Shown: positions 37,906-50,975, counted from the whole stretch's first letter. The stretch is 63,613 bases of DNA, filler included, from Octopus bimaculoides (GCF_001194135.2; 4 parts of 3 records of this genome joined end to end with filler, not necessarily neighbours in it), one strand, 5' to 3'. Notes: generated from the letters alone by a model not told the origin. Numbers and translations are program-made.

Positions 37906-38125
37906 AATATCGTTTAGCTATACATTCTTTTTCATCATATGGGTACTCAATGTCTACTCAAATAAATTACACTTCTTCTGTGAAGTCCGGATGAAGCTAT
38001 AGGGTGATACTCAAGCACTCAACTATATGTGCATCGTGTCTGTAACAGAAACAGCTGTAAGTTAATGAAATTTATAACAATTTATTCCTTTGTCATCCAA
38101 GTTTTTTATATATATTTAAATATGT

Positions 38126-38162
<37 letters not shown>

Positions 38163-38415
38163 ATGAGTGTCAGAGAGAGAGAGAGAGGGAGAGAGAGAGA
38201 GAAAGAGAGAGAGAGATTGAACGAGACCTGACAGAGAGAATGTAAAAGTAAAACAATAGGAATATGCACCTATATAACAATTGTATGTATTTTTCATCCA
38301 TACAAGCAAGTACACTACCCAGCCACCTACCAACAATATCAGTGCTATTCTATAGTGATATTGCACTCAGTCTATATCATATGAATAATGTACAGAAATA
38401 TACACACCCGCATAC

Positions 38416-38474
<59 letters not shown>

Positions 38475-38618
38475 NNNNNNNNNNNNNNNNNNNNNNNNNN
38501 NNNNNNNNNNNNNNNNNNNNNNNNNNNNNNNNNNNNNNNNNNNNNNNNNNNNNNNNNNNNNNNNNNNNNNNNNNNNNNNNNNNNNNNNNNNNNATACTTA
38601 CATACGTACATTCATACC

Positions 38619-38650
<32 letters not shown>

Positions 38651-38653
38651 CAG

Positions 38654-38684
<31 letters not shown>

Positions 38685-39269
38685 TTAGTGTTAAACATTG
38701 TTATCAACAAGCAGTTTACGTTAAGTTATTCGACAACGAGACAAGGACTTGTACAAAGAACCCGATGTAATCTAAAGATATAAAATAACGCTATATCCTA
38801 AAAATAACTGAAGATAAATGGAGATAGTTATAGTTCCCAAATTTATTTATTTCCTTATCTAACTAAACATTTTTTGGTGCCTAAAAGTTATCAACACCAG
38901 CTTCCACAATATCATCTGTCACTTTTCCTTTTCGCATCCATTTATTTGAACTCGACCTTTATGCACATGCAACCCACCCACAAACACATGTATATACTAG
39001 TAGATATATATTTAAATATATATATATACATATCAAGATCTTATTTGCGATTCCCAGACCGTTGGTGCGTTGTATTCTTGAGCAACACTCTTCATTTCAT
39101 GTTGCTCCAGTCCATTAAACTATAAATAAGTAAGCTTCGACGAACTAGCGTTCCGTTCAGGGGAAATACATGCCTGTTCTCCTAGCTAGCGGCATGGCAT
39201 CATTTGAACCATACAGGAAGCGCAATCTTATCAGCGTCGTGTAACAACATCCAATAGACTGATCGAAAC

Positions 39270-39344
<75 letters not shown>

Positions 39345-39925
39345 AACATTAATATAAAAATTATAAATATTATTGTAATAAAATAACATTATTTTCTAGC
39401 TAAATAAAGCACCGTAAAGCTTCAACCGAATATACTGGCATTGACGTAACGAATATTTTAAAATTTCGAGTTCAGTGAATCTAGTTGATGAGGACTAGAC
39501 ACATTTACGACGACAGGTATATTACGAAGTCCGAAAGTCGAGTACTAGATTATCCACTCTTGGTTGTTCCTCTATCCGGTGTTCTTACTAGAGGTAAGAC
39601 GAAATTATTTTATATTCGTCCCCCGCACACATCTTTGCAAGTATATATTCTGTGAAGCCTTACATAACGTTGCACAGTTATCGATTGCTATTTCCAGCAA
39701 ACATTGTTGCCTAGTTGTAGAAGTATTTTATATTTGTAATTCTACCTTAACTGCTTTATATAGCTGGAAAATAATACTATTGTATTCCAATACTTTTTAT
39801 AATTTTTATATATAACCTTTTCACTGATTTCAGTACTATTTACGGCTAGGCTTTCAAGCGAATATATTGGCATATATATATATAGTTTCAGCTTAGAGCT
39901 GCGGTCATGCTGATGCATACATATA

Positions 39926-40085
39926 TACGACGGGCTTCTTTCAGTTTCCGTCTACCAAATCCACTCACAAGGCTTTGGTCGACCCGAGGCTATAATAGAA
40001 GACACTCGCCCAAGGTGTCACGCTGTGGGACTGAATCCGGAACCATGTGGTTCGTAAACAAGCTACTTACCACACAGCCACTCCT
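39926..40085 (-). mobile_element. SINE family A, 5' half
   Basis: cgacgggcttctttcagtttccgtc...cttaccacacagccactcct. Confidence 0.88.
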
Positions 40086-40189
40086 ATTATATATAAACAT
40101 TTCATTTTTTTCATATTTTTGTGGAAAGCTATAAAAATAAACCGACTGAAGTGAGCTAGAAAATCAAATTCTCATAAATATCACAGAAA

Positions 40190-40545
40190 CTAAGAATGAA
40201 TTAATATGTAAACATGAAAATGGAACAAGTGTTAGGAACTTTATTTCAGGGTATAGAGTCGCAAAATCAACAACATGCGGTTATACTGAAAACCAAATAT
40301 AAATTAAAACTTGTTCAAATAGCTATGGGAATAAGCGAACTTAATAAATCACGTAAGAACTTCATTGAAGAGATGAAGAATTTACTTTACGTGTGGATTA
40401 AAGAAAAATAAATTGCTGGATAGTATAAGTTAGTCGACAATTTGTACAAAAGCCAAACAGTTGTTTGATTATCTTATAGCGAAATCTTCCAGTGGAACTG
40501 ATACTACACTGCTGAATCTTCTTGCTTCAAAGGGTTTCTTTATCT
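40190..40545 (+). mobile_element. Tigger/pogo transposase N-terminal remnant
   Basis: ILKTK...NKSRKNFIEEMKNLLYVWIKEK*IAG...TKAKQLFD...LASKG resembles the Tigger CENP-B-type DNA-binding region (EEMEKLL.VWI.EKQ.AGD...EKA...ASKGWF). Confidence 0.7.
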
Positions 40546-42774
40546 TTTGTTTATTTATTTATCATTTTTTATTCGACCAATGAATGTACTGTACCTGTTA
40601 CTTAATGCTGCGGTTGCTCGGAATACGAGCTTATATCCACTGAAGATATATTTTATATATGTACATATGTATGATATGACTTGGCTTTCTTCATCTTAGG
40701 CTTCATTATGCGTGAATGTTTTGGTATGCGTGTGTAAGTGTGCAATTTTGTGGCTTTGTCTGAGTGTGCATATGTACGCACACCTACCAAAAGTGAATGT
40801 GGAATAGTTTATGGATATAACTATAAAACATTTCCCATTTGTCTGAAAGCAGTAAAGATATATTCACCAAGAAGACTATGTTAAACCTGGAGGTGTGGGT
40901 GCTGCTGGATTTAGAGCAATGTATAAAATTTATAATAGTCTTGTAAATGATTCCGCAACCAAGACCTCTGCACTGCGGAGGAACTTGTCGATGTTAGGGG
41001 TGTAGAGTTGAATGGGAGTTTGAGAGGTCATCGACATCGGGGTCACACAAACTTTTTATTGCTGCCAAAGATAACAAGAAATTCAGCAATTCTGACAAGA
41101 AAAACGAACAATAATAACAACAACAGTAGCGATTAGAATTATGGCCATGAGTTTGGCTATATCAACAACAAAACAATAACTTCTTAAGTTTAGACAAACA
41201 TACCAATATATACCGAGATAATATTAAAAAGCAATAATTTTTTAAACATTATCTAAGCTTTGGTTGCTATGTGAGTTAAATTACCAAGTCATTCTGAATA
41301 TATTAGTTACTGCTATCGTATAATTCATAACGAACGACACTAGATAAAGAAACAGAAGCAAGCACGAGAAGATATTTTAGACACAGAGAAGTGTTTAATG
41401 TAGAGCGTGTACGTACACTTACATATATACACACACATACACCAGTGCTCTGCTTCATACTCACTCACCCTCTGTTCTGTTCTATTACTGATGTTGAATG
41501 TAATTTGCATAACTGAAATAAATTAGGGTAAGCATCCCACAGAGTCATTCATATTTCTCTGCGAATGTGAATTGATTGTATTGCACAGTCTTAGCATTTG
41601 TGTTACGTAATAACGACAGTCGTTTTACTAAAACAACTGTATGCACTGTAAAGCTTAAACTACAATTTACATTTTCTGTTTTTATTACAACTATTTATTA
41701 GCGACGGAACAGTCTTAACACCAAAGGGCAATCTTTATACCCAACTTAAAGTGGATGTCTTGATAGAACATCGAATACTAAGGCATTCACTTTGAAAGGT
41801 CCTCTCAATTAGATGCATGATGGATTAAAGAACAGACCTATAACACAGAGAACAAGAATTGTCTGGCATACCCAACGAAATTGCGAGACCATGTGACTTC
41901 AGCTTGCTGCACTTCTTCAGTGACAGGTGGCCTGTCACGGCGTACCTGCTAAATAACAATGTCTTTTCAGTGACTGATATTGGAAATAGCCAGCGGACTT
42001 ATCCAAAAAAACAAAAAAACAATCATTAACGATAGGAGCAGTATTAATACTAGAAGACACATTTTATTTACAATTTACCGATGATATGATGTTAGAATGC
42101 TGAATAAAGAAGTATTCGCCTTCAGAGATTCTGTCATATATACTCATGATGCATAAAAGCGTAGACATATATCGTAGCAGACAATAATCATCTAAAATGG
42201 GTGCTGGAAATACCAGATTACATGATTTCAGCTTCCCGCACTTTTGTAGCAGATGGCGTCCTGTCATCGCATACCAGCCAAATCTTGCTGCCAAAGATAT
42301 TTAGAATAATAGTGTTTTTTCTGTCATTGGTGTACAAATAGCTATCAGTGTTATTCAGAATAATTATTAGCCACTCCAAAAGGTAATTTAAAATTTAACT
42401 GCAATGACCCTGTATTCACGCAATAAAGGCTCAATACGTGAAACACAAGCCGTTAGATGATGTAGGTCAAAACTCCGAAACACAGTGCTACACCACCTGA
42501 CAACTACACTTATCAATCTCTTCTATGAATAGACATAGTGATTATTGCTTACGCAAACAAACACCCCTCTTTTTCAAATTTTAGAATTTATCCAATATAT
42601 CTGTTTTTCGTTATTTATAAAATAATAAATAAATTACTTAAGTCAATTACCCGGAGACGTTACCCGGCAGAAAAAAACAAAAAATAACTACAAACTAGAC
42701 GGAGATAACTACAAACGTATTATTGTATAACGACATTATAAAGAGTTGTACAATGAATATTGAGCACATAGAAT

Positions 42775-43058
42775 CAGGTCATCCCATAAGTTCTGTCCGA
42801 ATTTTGAATAAAGAAAACAAATAAGCAAATGTTTTATTTAATTGGAATTTAATCACTAGTGTAATTTCCCTGATTATCCATGACTTCCTTCCGTCTATTT
42901 ACAAGCTTTTTCAACCCATCAATGTAAAACTCTTTTGGTTTCAAAGTGAAGAACTCTAAAATGTCTGTTTCGATATCCTCCTGGCTTGTGAAATTTATGT
43001 CCCTGAAATGATTCTATAAACTACGAAACAAATGGTAGTCTGAAAGAGCAAGGTCGGG
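42775..43058 (-). mobile_element. mariner remnant (3' end plus TIR)
   Basis: Minus strand PDLALSDYHLFRSL*NHFRDINF...FFTLKPKEFYIDGLKKLVNR...NQGNY; terminus caggtcatcccataagttctgtcc. Confidence 0.88.
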
Positions 43059-43851
43059 NNNNNNNNNNNNNNNNNNNNNNNNNNNNNNNNNNNNNNNNNN
43101 NNNNNNNNNNNNNNNNNNNNNNNNNNNNNNNNNNNNNNNNNNNNNNNNNNNNNNNNNNNNNNNNNNNNNNNNNNNNNNNNNNNNNNNNNNNNNNNNNNNN
43201 NNNNNNNNNNNNNNNNNNNNNNNNNNNNNNNNNNNNNNNNNNNNNNNNNNNNNNNNNNNNNNNNNNNNNNNNNNNNNNNNNNNNNNNNNNNNNNNNNNNN
43301 NNNNNNNNNNNNNNNNNNNNNNNNNNNNNNNNNNNNNNNNNNNNNNNNNNNNNNNNNNNNNNNNNNNNNNNNNNNNNNNNNNNNNNNNNNNNNNNNNNNN
43401 NNNNNNNNNNNNNNNNNNNNNNNNNNNNNNNNNNNNNNNNNNNNNNNNNNNNNNNNNNNNNNNNNNNNNNNNNNNNNNNNNNNNNNNNNNNNNNNNNNNN
43501 NNNNNNNNNNNNNNNNNNNNNNNNNNNNNNNNNNNNNNNNNNNNNNNNNNNNNNNNNNNNNNNNNNNNGTAATAGAAATAAAACTAATATATATACATTG
43601 TGAAAGTGTTAATTGTTTCACTTTTGACATTTAATACTGCAATAGTGTTAGAGAGAGATAAGCGATTGCTCCGGGCTCGCATGAGGCAGAAAGTTGAATT
43701 TTTTTGCTATGACACTGCATGGATACTAATTAAGGCATGTGTAGAATGTGAATGAAATCGGGTAGGTAGTTCTTGAGTTTTCGTGATGCACACATACATG
43801 CATACATGCATGAATACATACATACATGCATGAATACATACATACATACAT

Positions 43852-43925
43852 GATGATGATGATGATGATGGCCGTCCACTCGTGACCGAGGAAGACCATT
43901 GCCGACCTTCAAGAACATTGTGACA
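43852..43925 (-). mobile_element. Very short 5'-truncated RTE-type 3' end with (CAT)n tail
   Basis: Reverse complement caatggtcttcctcggtcacgagtggacggcc(atc)n resembles the 3' end at 20225-20275. Confidence 0.5.
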
Positions 43926-44034
43926 TTCATACATACATACACACATTCAGATAGAGAGAAGATAAACAATCACACTTTCTCAGTTTCATATATATAGTAA
44001 TATACATACATATATATATATATATCTGAAGGGG

Positions 44035-44244
44035 CGCTGATACGTGCCTATCTTTAAGGATATCGCGGAAAGCTTGTTTGGAGGCCCGAACTTGTGAGTT
44101 CTTTTACGGGCTTAGAAAAACTGAAGGATCACAGCAATAAGTGTGCTACCGCAGAGGGAAACATGCTTAATAATGTCATAATTAACTAATCCACCTCTAT
44201 TATCTTTTACCCCAAAGTCAGAAACATACTCTCACCCCTTCGTG
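44035..44244 (+). mobile_element. mariner-family 3' end remnant
   Basis: FFTGLEKLKDHSNKCATAEGKHA* resembles the mariner C-terminus (GI.KL..R..KC....G.Y); TIR-like cagaaacatactctcacccttcgtg. Confidence 0.5.
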
Positions 44245-44305
44245 TGCATGTGTGTGTTTGTGTGAGTGTGTGTATAGATGTCGTACACATTTATATGCAC
44301 ATCTA

Positions 44306-44697
44306 TCTCCGTCGCTTACGACGTCGAGGGTTCCAGTTGATCCGATCAACGGAACAGCCTGCTCGTGAAATTAACGTGCAAGTGGCTGAGCACTCTACAG
44401 ACACGTGTACCCTTAACGTAGTTCTCGGAGATATTCAGCGTGACACAATGTGACAAGGCTGACCCTTTGAATTACAGGCGCAACAGAAACAGGAAGTAAG
44501 AGTGAGAAAAAGTTGTGGTGAAAGAGTACAGCAGGGTTCACCACCATCCCCTCGTGGAGCCTCGTGGGGCCTCGTGGAGCCTAGTGGAGCTTTAGGTGTT
44601 TTCGCTCAATAAACACTCACAACGCCCGGTCTGGGAATCGAAACCGTGATCTTATGACCGCGAGTCCGCTGCCCTAACCACCTGGCCATTGCGTCTC
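44306..44697 (-). mobile_element. SINE family E, near full length
   Basis: tRNA-like head gagacgcaatggccaggtggttagggcagcggactcgcggtc; internal cctcgtggag micro-duplications at ~44550-44590. Confidence 0.9.
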
Positions 44698-45339
44698 TGT
44701 TGGCAATATATCTCTTGAAGAATCGTTGGTATCGTGATAGTTTGTCCGCCATTTTTAATTCATAGTTAATCAGGTATTCTCTTACACATAACATAAGGAT
44801 AGCATGTATTCAACGATATACATACACATGAGATAACCGTCACATAGACGTAGACCGTAATACAGTAATAGCTTCGTTGCTTATTTTTAAATCTACCCAA
44901 ATAAAATCACGTATCTCTTAAATATTGACGTCATCATCTGCTTGCAGAATAAGCATTAAGTGGCTGATGCTTCAAGGTGGAAGGGAGATAACAAAGAGAT
45001 TATTCTTTTCTCTCCTATTCTGCGACGATAGGCGTACCAACTTCGGTCATGTATGTATGTATGTATGTATGTATATTACTGTATGTTGTATAATGTTATA
45101 AAATATTATATAATAAAATGCATATATTCATATTTTTCAATATATTCAACCACCATTCTTTAGGATATTCAAATATCAGCTTGTTATAAATGAAATTTTG
45201 ACACTTTATATCATCTTGATAAAAAGCAGCTTCTGAAACTCGGAACAAAATGTTGAGAAATTCCAGTTTCAAATAATTCTTATCACTACATAATCAATAT
45301 GGAATGCACTCTATTCTTTCTCTTTCCCTTCATATATCC

Positions 45340-45560
45340 ATATGTATGTATGTACGTATGTATGTATGTACGTATGTATGTATGTATGTATGTATGTATG
45401 TATGTATGTTATGTATGTATGTATGTATGTATGTTATGTATGTATGTATGTATGTATGCGTGTATATAAATATATAAACACTTATATAGACATATATACA
45501 TATACATGCACTTATGTATGTATGTATGTATGTATCTATCTATCTATCTATCTATCTATA
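45340..45560. repeat. (TATG)n/(TATC)n microsatellite
   Basis: Direct reading. Confidence 0.93.
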
Positions 45561-45753
45561 TATGTATATATACATCTATCTTTACATATGGGTGTGTATA
45601 TATGCATACATACATGTCTATCCATACTTATATCGAGTTCCATAAAATAAGTACCAGTTATTTATTGGGGAAGGTGTAATCAATTTCCCCCTCTTCTCAA
45701 AATCCAATGGCTCTGTGGCAAACAATTGAAACCTTATAAATATCATTAATAGT

Positions 45754-45972
45754 AAGGCGCGTGGTTAAGTGGTTAGGGATGTTGGCTCATGTTCGTAAGG
45801 TCGTGGTTTCGTTTCCTGGACGGGCGACAGGTGTGCTCTCTTGAGCAAAACACTTCATTTCCCGTGGCTCCAGTCTACTCAGCTGACGAAAATGAATAAT
45901 CCTGCGAGGGACCTGTGTCCCGTCCAGGTGGGAAATACATACGCCATGGAAACCGGGAAACCGGCCCATATA
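45754..45972 (+). mobile_element. SINE family D
   Basis: ggcgcgtggttaagtggttaggg...cttgagcaaaacacttcattt...ggaaaccgggaaaccggcccat. Confidence 0.85.
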
Positions 45973-46164
45973 TGTCTATATGATTCGAGAACGAAGAAGG
46001 CTGTTAGCCGGCGCAATCGTCAGCAATGTGTTTAAATTCTGCCGAAATCTCTTTTGCCTTACATCTTCTCTTTTGCCTTACATATTCGACAGAACAAATA
46101 CCAGTTGGATACTGTGGTCGATGCTATCAACAAATCCCCTTACCTAAAATTGCTGACGTTGTGC

Positions 46165-46709
46165 TACGAGCTGGAAGAATTCTTACCGCATCAGACAAAA
46201 TGCTTAGCGTCATGTCTTTACATTCTGAGTTCAAATTCCATCGATGTTGATTTTGCTTTTAAATCTTTCGGGATCGATGAAATAAGTACTAGTTAAACTT
46301 AGAGATCAATGTAATCGTCTATCTCCATCCCCCAAAATTTCAAGCCTTGTACCTATCATAGAAAGGATTATCGGCGGCAAGCTGGCAGAATCGTTAGTAC
46401 ACCGGGCGAAATGCTTCTACGTTCTGAGTTCAGATTCCACTGAGGTCGACTTTACCTTTCGGGGTCGATAGATTCAGTACAAGTCAAACACTGGGACTAA
46501 TGTAATCGACTCATCTTCCCACCAGAATGGCTGCCCTTGTGGCAAAATTTGAAACCATTATCATTTTCATTGTGATTATTCCGCTGACGTCAACCTTGCC
46601 TTTCATTTTTCGAGATAGATAAATAAAGTACCAGTTAAACACTGGAGTTGATGTAACCGTCTAATTCCCCTCCCCTAAAATTTCAGGCCTTGTATCGATA
46701 GCAGAAAGG

Positions 46710-46715
<6 letters not shown>
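46165..46715 (+). mobile_element. Stack of three head-to-tail family C SINE copies
   Basis: Copies begin near 46165, 46373 and 46575, each ending in an ATT-type tail. Confidence 0.8.
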
Positions 46716-46751
<36 letters not shown>

Positions 46752-47201
46752 GTTATTATTATTGTTGTTGTTGTTGTTGTTGTTATTTTTGTTGTTGTTG
46801 TTATTATTATTATTAGTAGTAGTAGTATTAGTAGTAGTAGTAGAATCAGCTGCATTAGCAGTTGGTGTAGCAAGTGTTGGTCTCACAGAAATATAAGTGT
46901 GTATACGTTTTATATTTGAGTGTGTTTTTTTTTGGGGGGGGGATGTTTGTGGGATGCATCTACCAATATATATATATCTACTAACAAATAGATACAGAAC
47001 TCAAGCATGTATATAAATTGCCTCCTCCCTATTTTTGTCACGTAAAGATAGACAAAGAAAATAGAATGAGTGAGACAGATGAGAGATATAGAGAGGAAGT
47101 CAAATGCTGAAAGAAAGGTAGAGATAGGTCAGTGCGAATATGATGAGATATACATACACGGACAAAGCATAAATCGATGCCTGTATGTAATGTTTATATA
47201 C

Positions 47202-47267
<66 letters not shown>

Positions 47268-47367
47268 NNNNNNNNNNNNNNNNNNNNNNNNNNNNNNNNN
47301 NNNNNNNNNNNTTAATTAATTAANNNNNNNNNNNNNNNNNNNNNNNNNNNNNNNNNNNNNNNNNNNN
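47268..47367. other. Scaffolding join: 44 N + TTAATTAATTAA + 44 N
   Basis: Spacer at 47312-47323. Confidence 0.95.
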
Positions 47368-47430
<63 letters not shown>

Positions 47431-47457
47431 TACGGACAGACAGACAGACAGACAGAC

Positions 47458-47493
<36 letters not shown>

Positions 47494-48097
47494 GTATCTA
47501 GATATGTATGTATGTATGTGTATGTACGTGCCTATATATACTTCGTCTTTTGTTTCTCTGTAAATTTCAACTATATATATATATGTATGTATAAAAAGTA
47601 TATATGTGAGTGTGTGCCTGTATATGAATACACATATACTTATACATACATACATACATNNNNNNNNNNNNNNNNNNNNNNNNNNNNNNNNNNNNNNNNN
47701 NNNNNNNNNNNNNNNNNNNNNNNNNNNNNNNNNNNNNNNNNNNNNNNNNNNNNNNNNNNTTTTTTTTGTTATTTATCGATAATTGTTCTACGATGTTTAA
47801 ATCAGATTCATCTTCGCAGGTTTTCTCAATGCAATGTTAGTGTTTGTGAGAAAGGTGTAATTAATGGTTAGAACTGTCAGAACGTCATAGTTTGATTTAC
47901 AAACTTTAAATATTTTGTTTTTATGTTCTGATATGAAGCATGTTTGTATTTTTGTTTGGCATATATATTAGAGTTTTAGGCTTCTGCTTTGAAAGAGGCA
48001 ATAACTTTCTCCAAAGGAATTTTATTCAGTAGTTACAAAAAGTACATTAAATATATATTCAGTGTTTATGCTAATGACTGTATAAACCATATATGAA

Positions 48098-48508
48098 ATT
48101 TAAGCAGTAGTGGAGCGACAAAGTTGTAGTATATTGTCAACTTAATGTGACAATCCCAATAAGGGAATACACTACTGCCGTTTAGCCCTAGGAAGCTGGA
48201 CCGCTTCCTGTCGGCCTTGACACAATTACTGTGTCCTTAAATTTGCGAGGGGAGACAAGCTCCCCCACCCAGCCTAGCCAGCATTCAGGGACATGTTTCT
48301 GAGTCTTTGCTCGTCATCAGCCTGAAGTAGCTTGTCAACTGGATACAGAAGCCCGTTTCTCCTTCACAAACTTATGTAAATCATAGTGAAGTTCATTCAC
48401 TGATCAGCAAAATTAGAAATATAATATTTCTAAATCTCTCAGAGAGATTTAAGCAGTAGTGGAGCGATAAAGTTGTGACAATCCCAATAAGGGAATACAC
48501 TACTGCCG
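48098..48508 (-). mobile_element. ~350-bp retrozyme/pLTR-like unit with terminal direct repeat
   Basis: atttaagcagtagtggagcga.aaagttgt...gacaatcccaataagggaatacactactgccg at 48098-48180 and again at 48447-48508; encloses a hammerhead motif. Confidence 0.65.
48284..48326 (-). ncRNA. Minimal type I hammerhead ribozyme motif
   Basis: Minus strand UUCAGG-CUGAUGA-C-GAGC-AAAG-ACUC-A-GAA-ACAUGU-C-CCUGAA: 6-bp stem I, intact core, palindromic stem III, GUC triplet. Confidence 0.7.
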
Positions 48509-48524
48509 ATGAAGAGTAATAATA

Positions 48525-48685
48525 AATGGTGCAAAATGCATATAGTATTCTTCGAATTAGCTTCCTCGTTTCTCGTTTTGAGAAGCCTAATATCTCACGA
48601 TTGGTACTTAGGCAGTGTGTTACATATCCCAGGGCCCCAATAATTACCGGTATACACCTGAACTTGTACTCTAGAAAGAGTAACT
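48525..48685 (-). mobile_element. RLE-type non-LTR retrotransposon C-terminal fragment
   Basis: LRNLQLLFLEYKFRCIPVIIGALGYVTHCL...LGFSKRETRKLIRR resembles the P.IIGALG end of restriction-like-endonuclease LINEs. Confidence 0.65.
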
Positions 48686-48755
48686 GCAGATTTCTCAATA
48701 TGTATGTATAAATGTATGTATGCGTGTATGTACGTATGCATGCACGTATGTATGC

Positions 48756-48788
<33 letters not shown>

Positions 48789-49693
48789 CATGTATGTAAG
48801 CATAATGTACCTATCGGTAAATCGATTGCATCCATTCTACATCGTTGGAATTCCGTTGAGTATTCTTTACTTATGGTATATTGCAACCAATACCAAAAGA
48901 TGTTTACAACTTTATATTTCCTATTATTAGAAATATTCATGTTCGCAACATTATTTATTTCATATTCTTATTAACTCCAGATAGCCCAGAGGCAAAGATG
49001 CTGATATATAAACCTCAGATGAGAGTTAAATATTAACAGAAATTTTAGCAAATTCTGAAAAAAATGCGTTAGATACAAATAACTAAGTCGGTTTGACTTT
49101 ATTGATGTAGTAACAATATGTATAACGATAAATTTCTAGTGAGTGTGATATATACAGAGAGAGAATGGATTTTAAGAGACGTAGCTAGCTGCATACATAC
49201 ATACCTACATACACGCATATATGCACTATGTGTAGAATTATGCATTGGTAAACAATTATAGTTGTATAGGCGATATTAAAGTTAATATCTAAATGCTTTT
49301 ACTTCGTTAAAGATTTTTCGTATCACCATATTCAACATTCATGTTTGTATTTCAATATACATACGTTGTGCTCAATATGGAAGATTGTCATTCGTATAGA
49401 TATGATCAGCCATAGAATCGACTGACATGAGAACGGCTTGTTTGCCAGCGTGTGTGTTAGGTTGCGTGGACGCCATTGCACAATCTTCTCGTATTGATGA
49501 TGGAGGAACGACAGATTACAAGCCTTAATGTCTAATGGATCTTGGGATCCATTAGACATTAAGAGAAAGTAAAGATGAGCTTATTAGGAATTATGTAAAA
49601 GTACTAAATAAAATATCCGTGCCTTGAATATGTATTTGAAAGAGATGCGGTTCTATCTCTACCTCTCCCTCAAACTCCCCCCTATCTCTCTCG

Positions 49694-49733
<40 letters not shown>

Positions 49734-49749
49734 CTATCTATCTATCTAT

Positions 49750-49799
<50 letters not shown>

Positions 49800-49873
49800 N
49801 NNNNNNNNNNNNNNNNNNNNNNNNNNNNNNNNNNNNNNNNNNNNNNNNNNNNNNNNNNNNNNNNNNNNNNNNN

Positions 49874-49922
<49 letters not shown>

Positions 49923-49947
49923 CATATATATGTAGTTAGATAGATAA

Positions 49948-50070
49948 GTTTCTTTATTGACCACACAGGGCTGGATACACAGGGGACAAATACAAATGTA
50001 GAACTTTTCTTTTCGAAAATGAAAAAGAAAAGGGGAAAAAGGGAAGAAAAGTAAATTCTGATCAAATGGG
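49948..50070 (-). mobile_element. Probable LINE 3' UTR terminus with AATAAA
   Basis: Reverse complement ...ttgtatttgtcccctgtgtatccagccctgtgtggtcaataaagaaac preceded by a T-rich tract. Confidence 0.5.
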
Positions 50071-50340
50071 TCGGAGAAAAAAGGAAAAAATAAGATAGAT
50101 AGATAGATAGATAGATATTGTCTATCACGGAGAGTATAAAACTATGAAATGGAAACCAAACGCAAATCAGAAAGAAGATAACAGGTGAATACTTTGAGGA
50201 AAAGATGTAAGTTTGAATAAAGAATATAATGGATGCGGCAGATGCATATTTATCTGTTATTTAGAAGGTAAATGTATATGCACATCTGCTGCGTAAAAAT
50301 TAAGGCTATGATGAATGCATATATGTGTGTGTGTGTGTGT

Positions 50341-50527
50341 CCAACATCGCTTGACAACCGATGGTGGTGTGTTTACGTCCCCGTAACTTAGCGGTTCGGC
50401 AAAAGAGATCGGTAGAATAAGTACTAGGCTTACAAAGAATAAGTCCTGGGGTCGATTTGCTCGACTAAAGGCGGTGCTCCAGCATGGTCACAGTCAAATG
50501 ACTGAAACAAGTAAAAGAATAAAAGAG
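50341..50527 (+). mobile_element. SINE 3' module (family B), young copy
   Basis: ccaacatcgcttgacaaccgatg..ccccgtaacttagcggttcggcaaaagag..ggcggtgctccagcatgg..atgactgaaacaagtaaaaga. Confidence 0.88.
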
Positions 50528-50721
50528 AGTAAAGATTATCCCGAAATACAGCAATATCTGTTCCAACACGGTTTCAAATCGGGAATCGTGCAACACAAAT
50601 TCTTAAACGTAAAATGTTAATAAATTTAGCAAATAAACTGTAATCTTCCTTTTACAAAAACATAAATCATTTTATTGTATGGAAAAAAAAATGAATAATA
50701 GATACGTGTATATGCAGTGGT

Positions 50722-50973
50722 GGAGGCGCATGGCTTAGTGGTTACGGTGTCAGCATCATGATAATAAGATTGTGGTTTCGACTCCTGGACCGAGCGACGC
50801 GTTGTGTTCTGGAGCAAAACACTTCATTTCACTTTGCTCCAGTCCACTCAGCTGGCAAAGATGAGTAACGCCGTGATGGACTGGCGTCCCGTTCAGCTGG
50901 GGAACACATACACCATTGAAACCGGGAAACCGGGCCCATGAGTCTGGTTCGGCTTTAAAAGGCGCATTTATTT
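50722..50973 (+). mobile_element. SINE family D, near full length
   Basis: Near-identical to 13781-14035. Confidence 0.9.
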
Positions 50974-50975
50974 TG

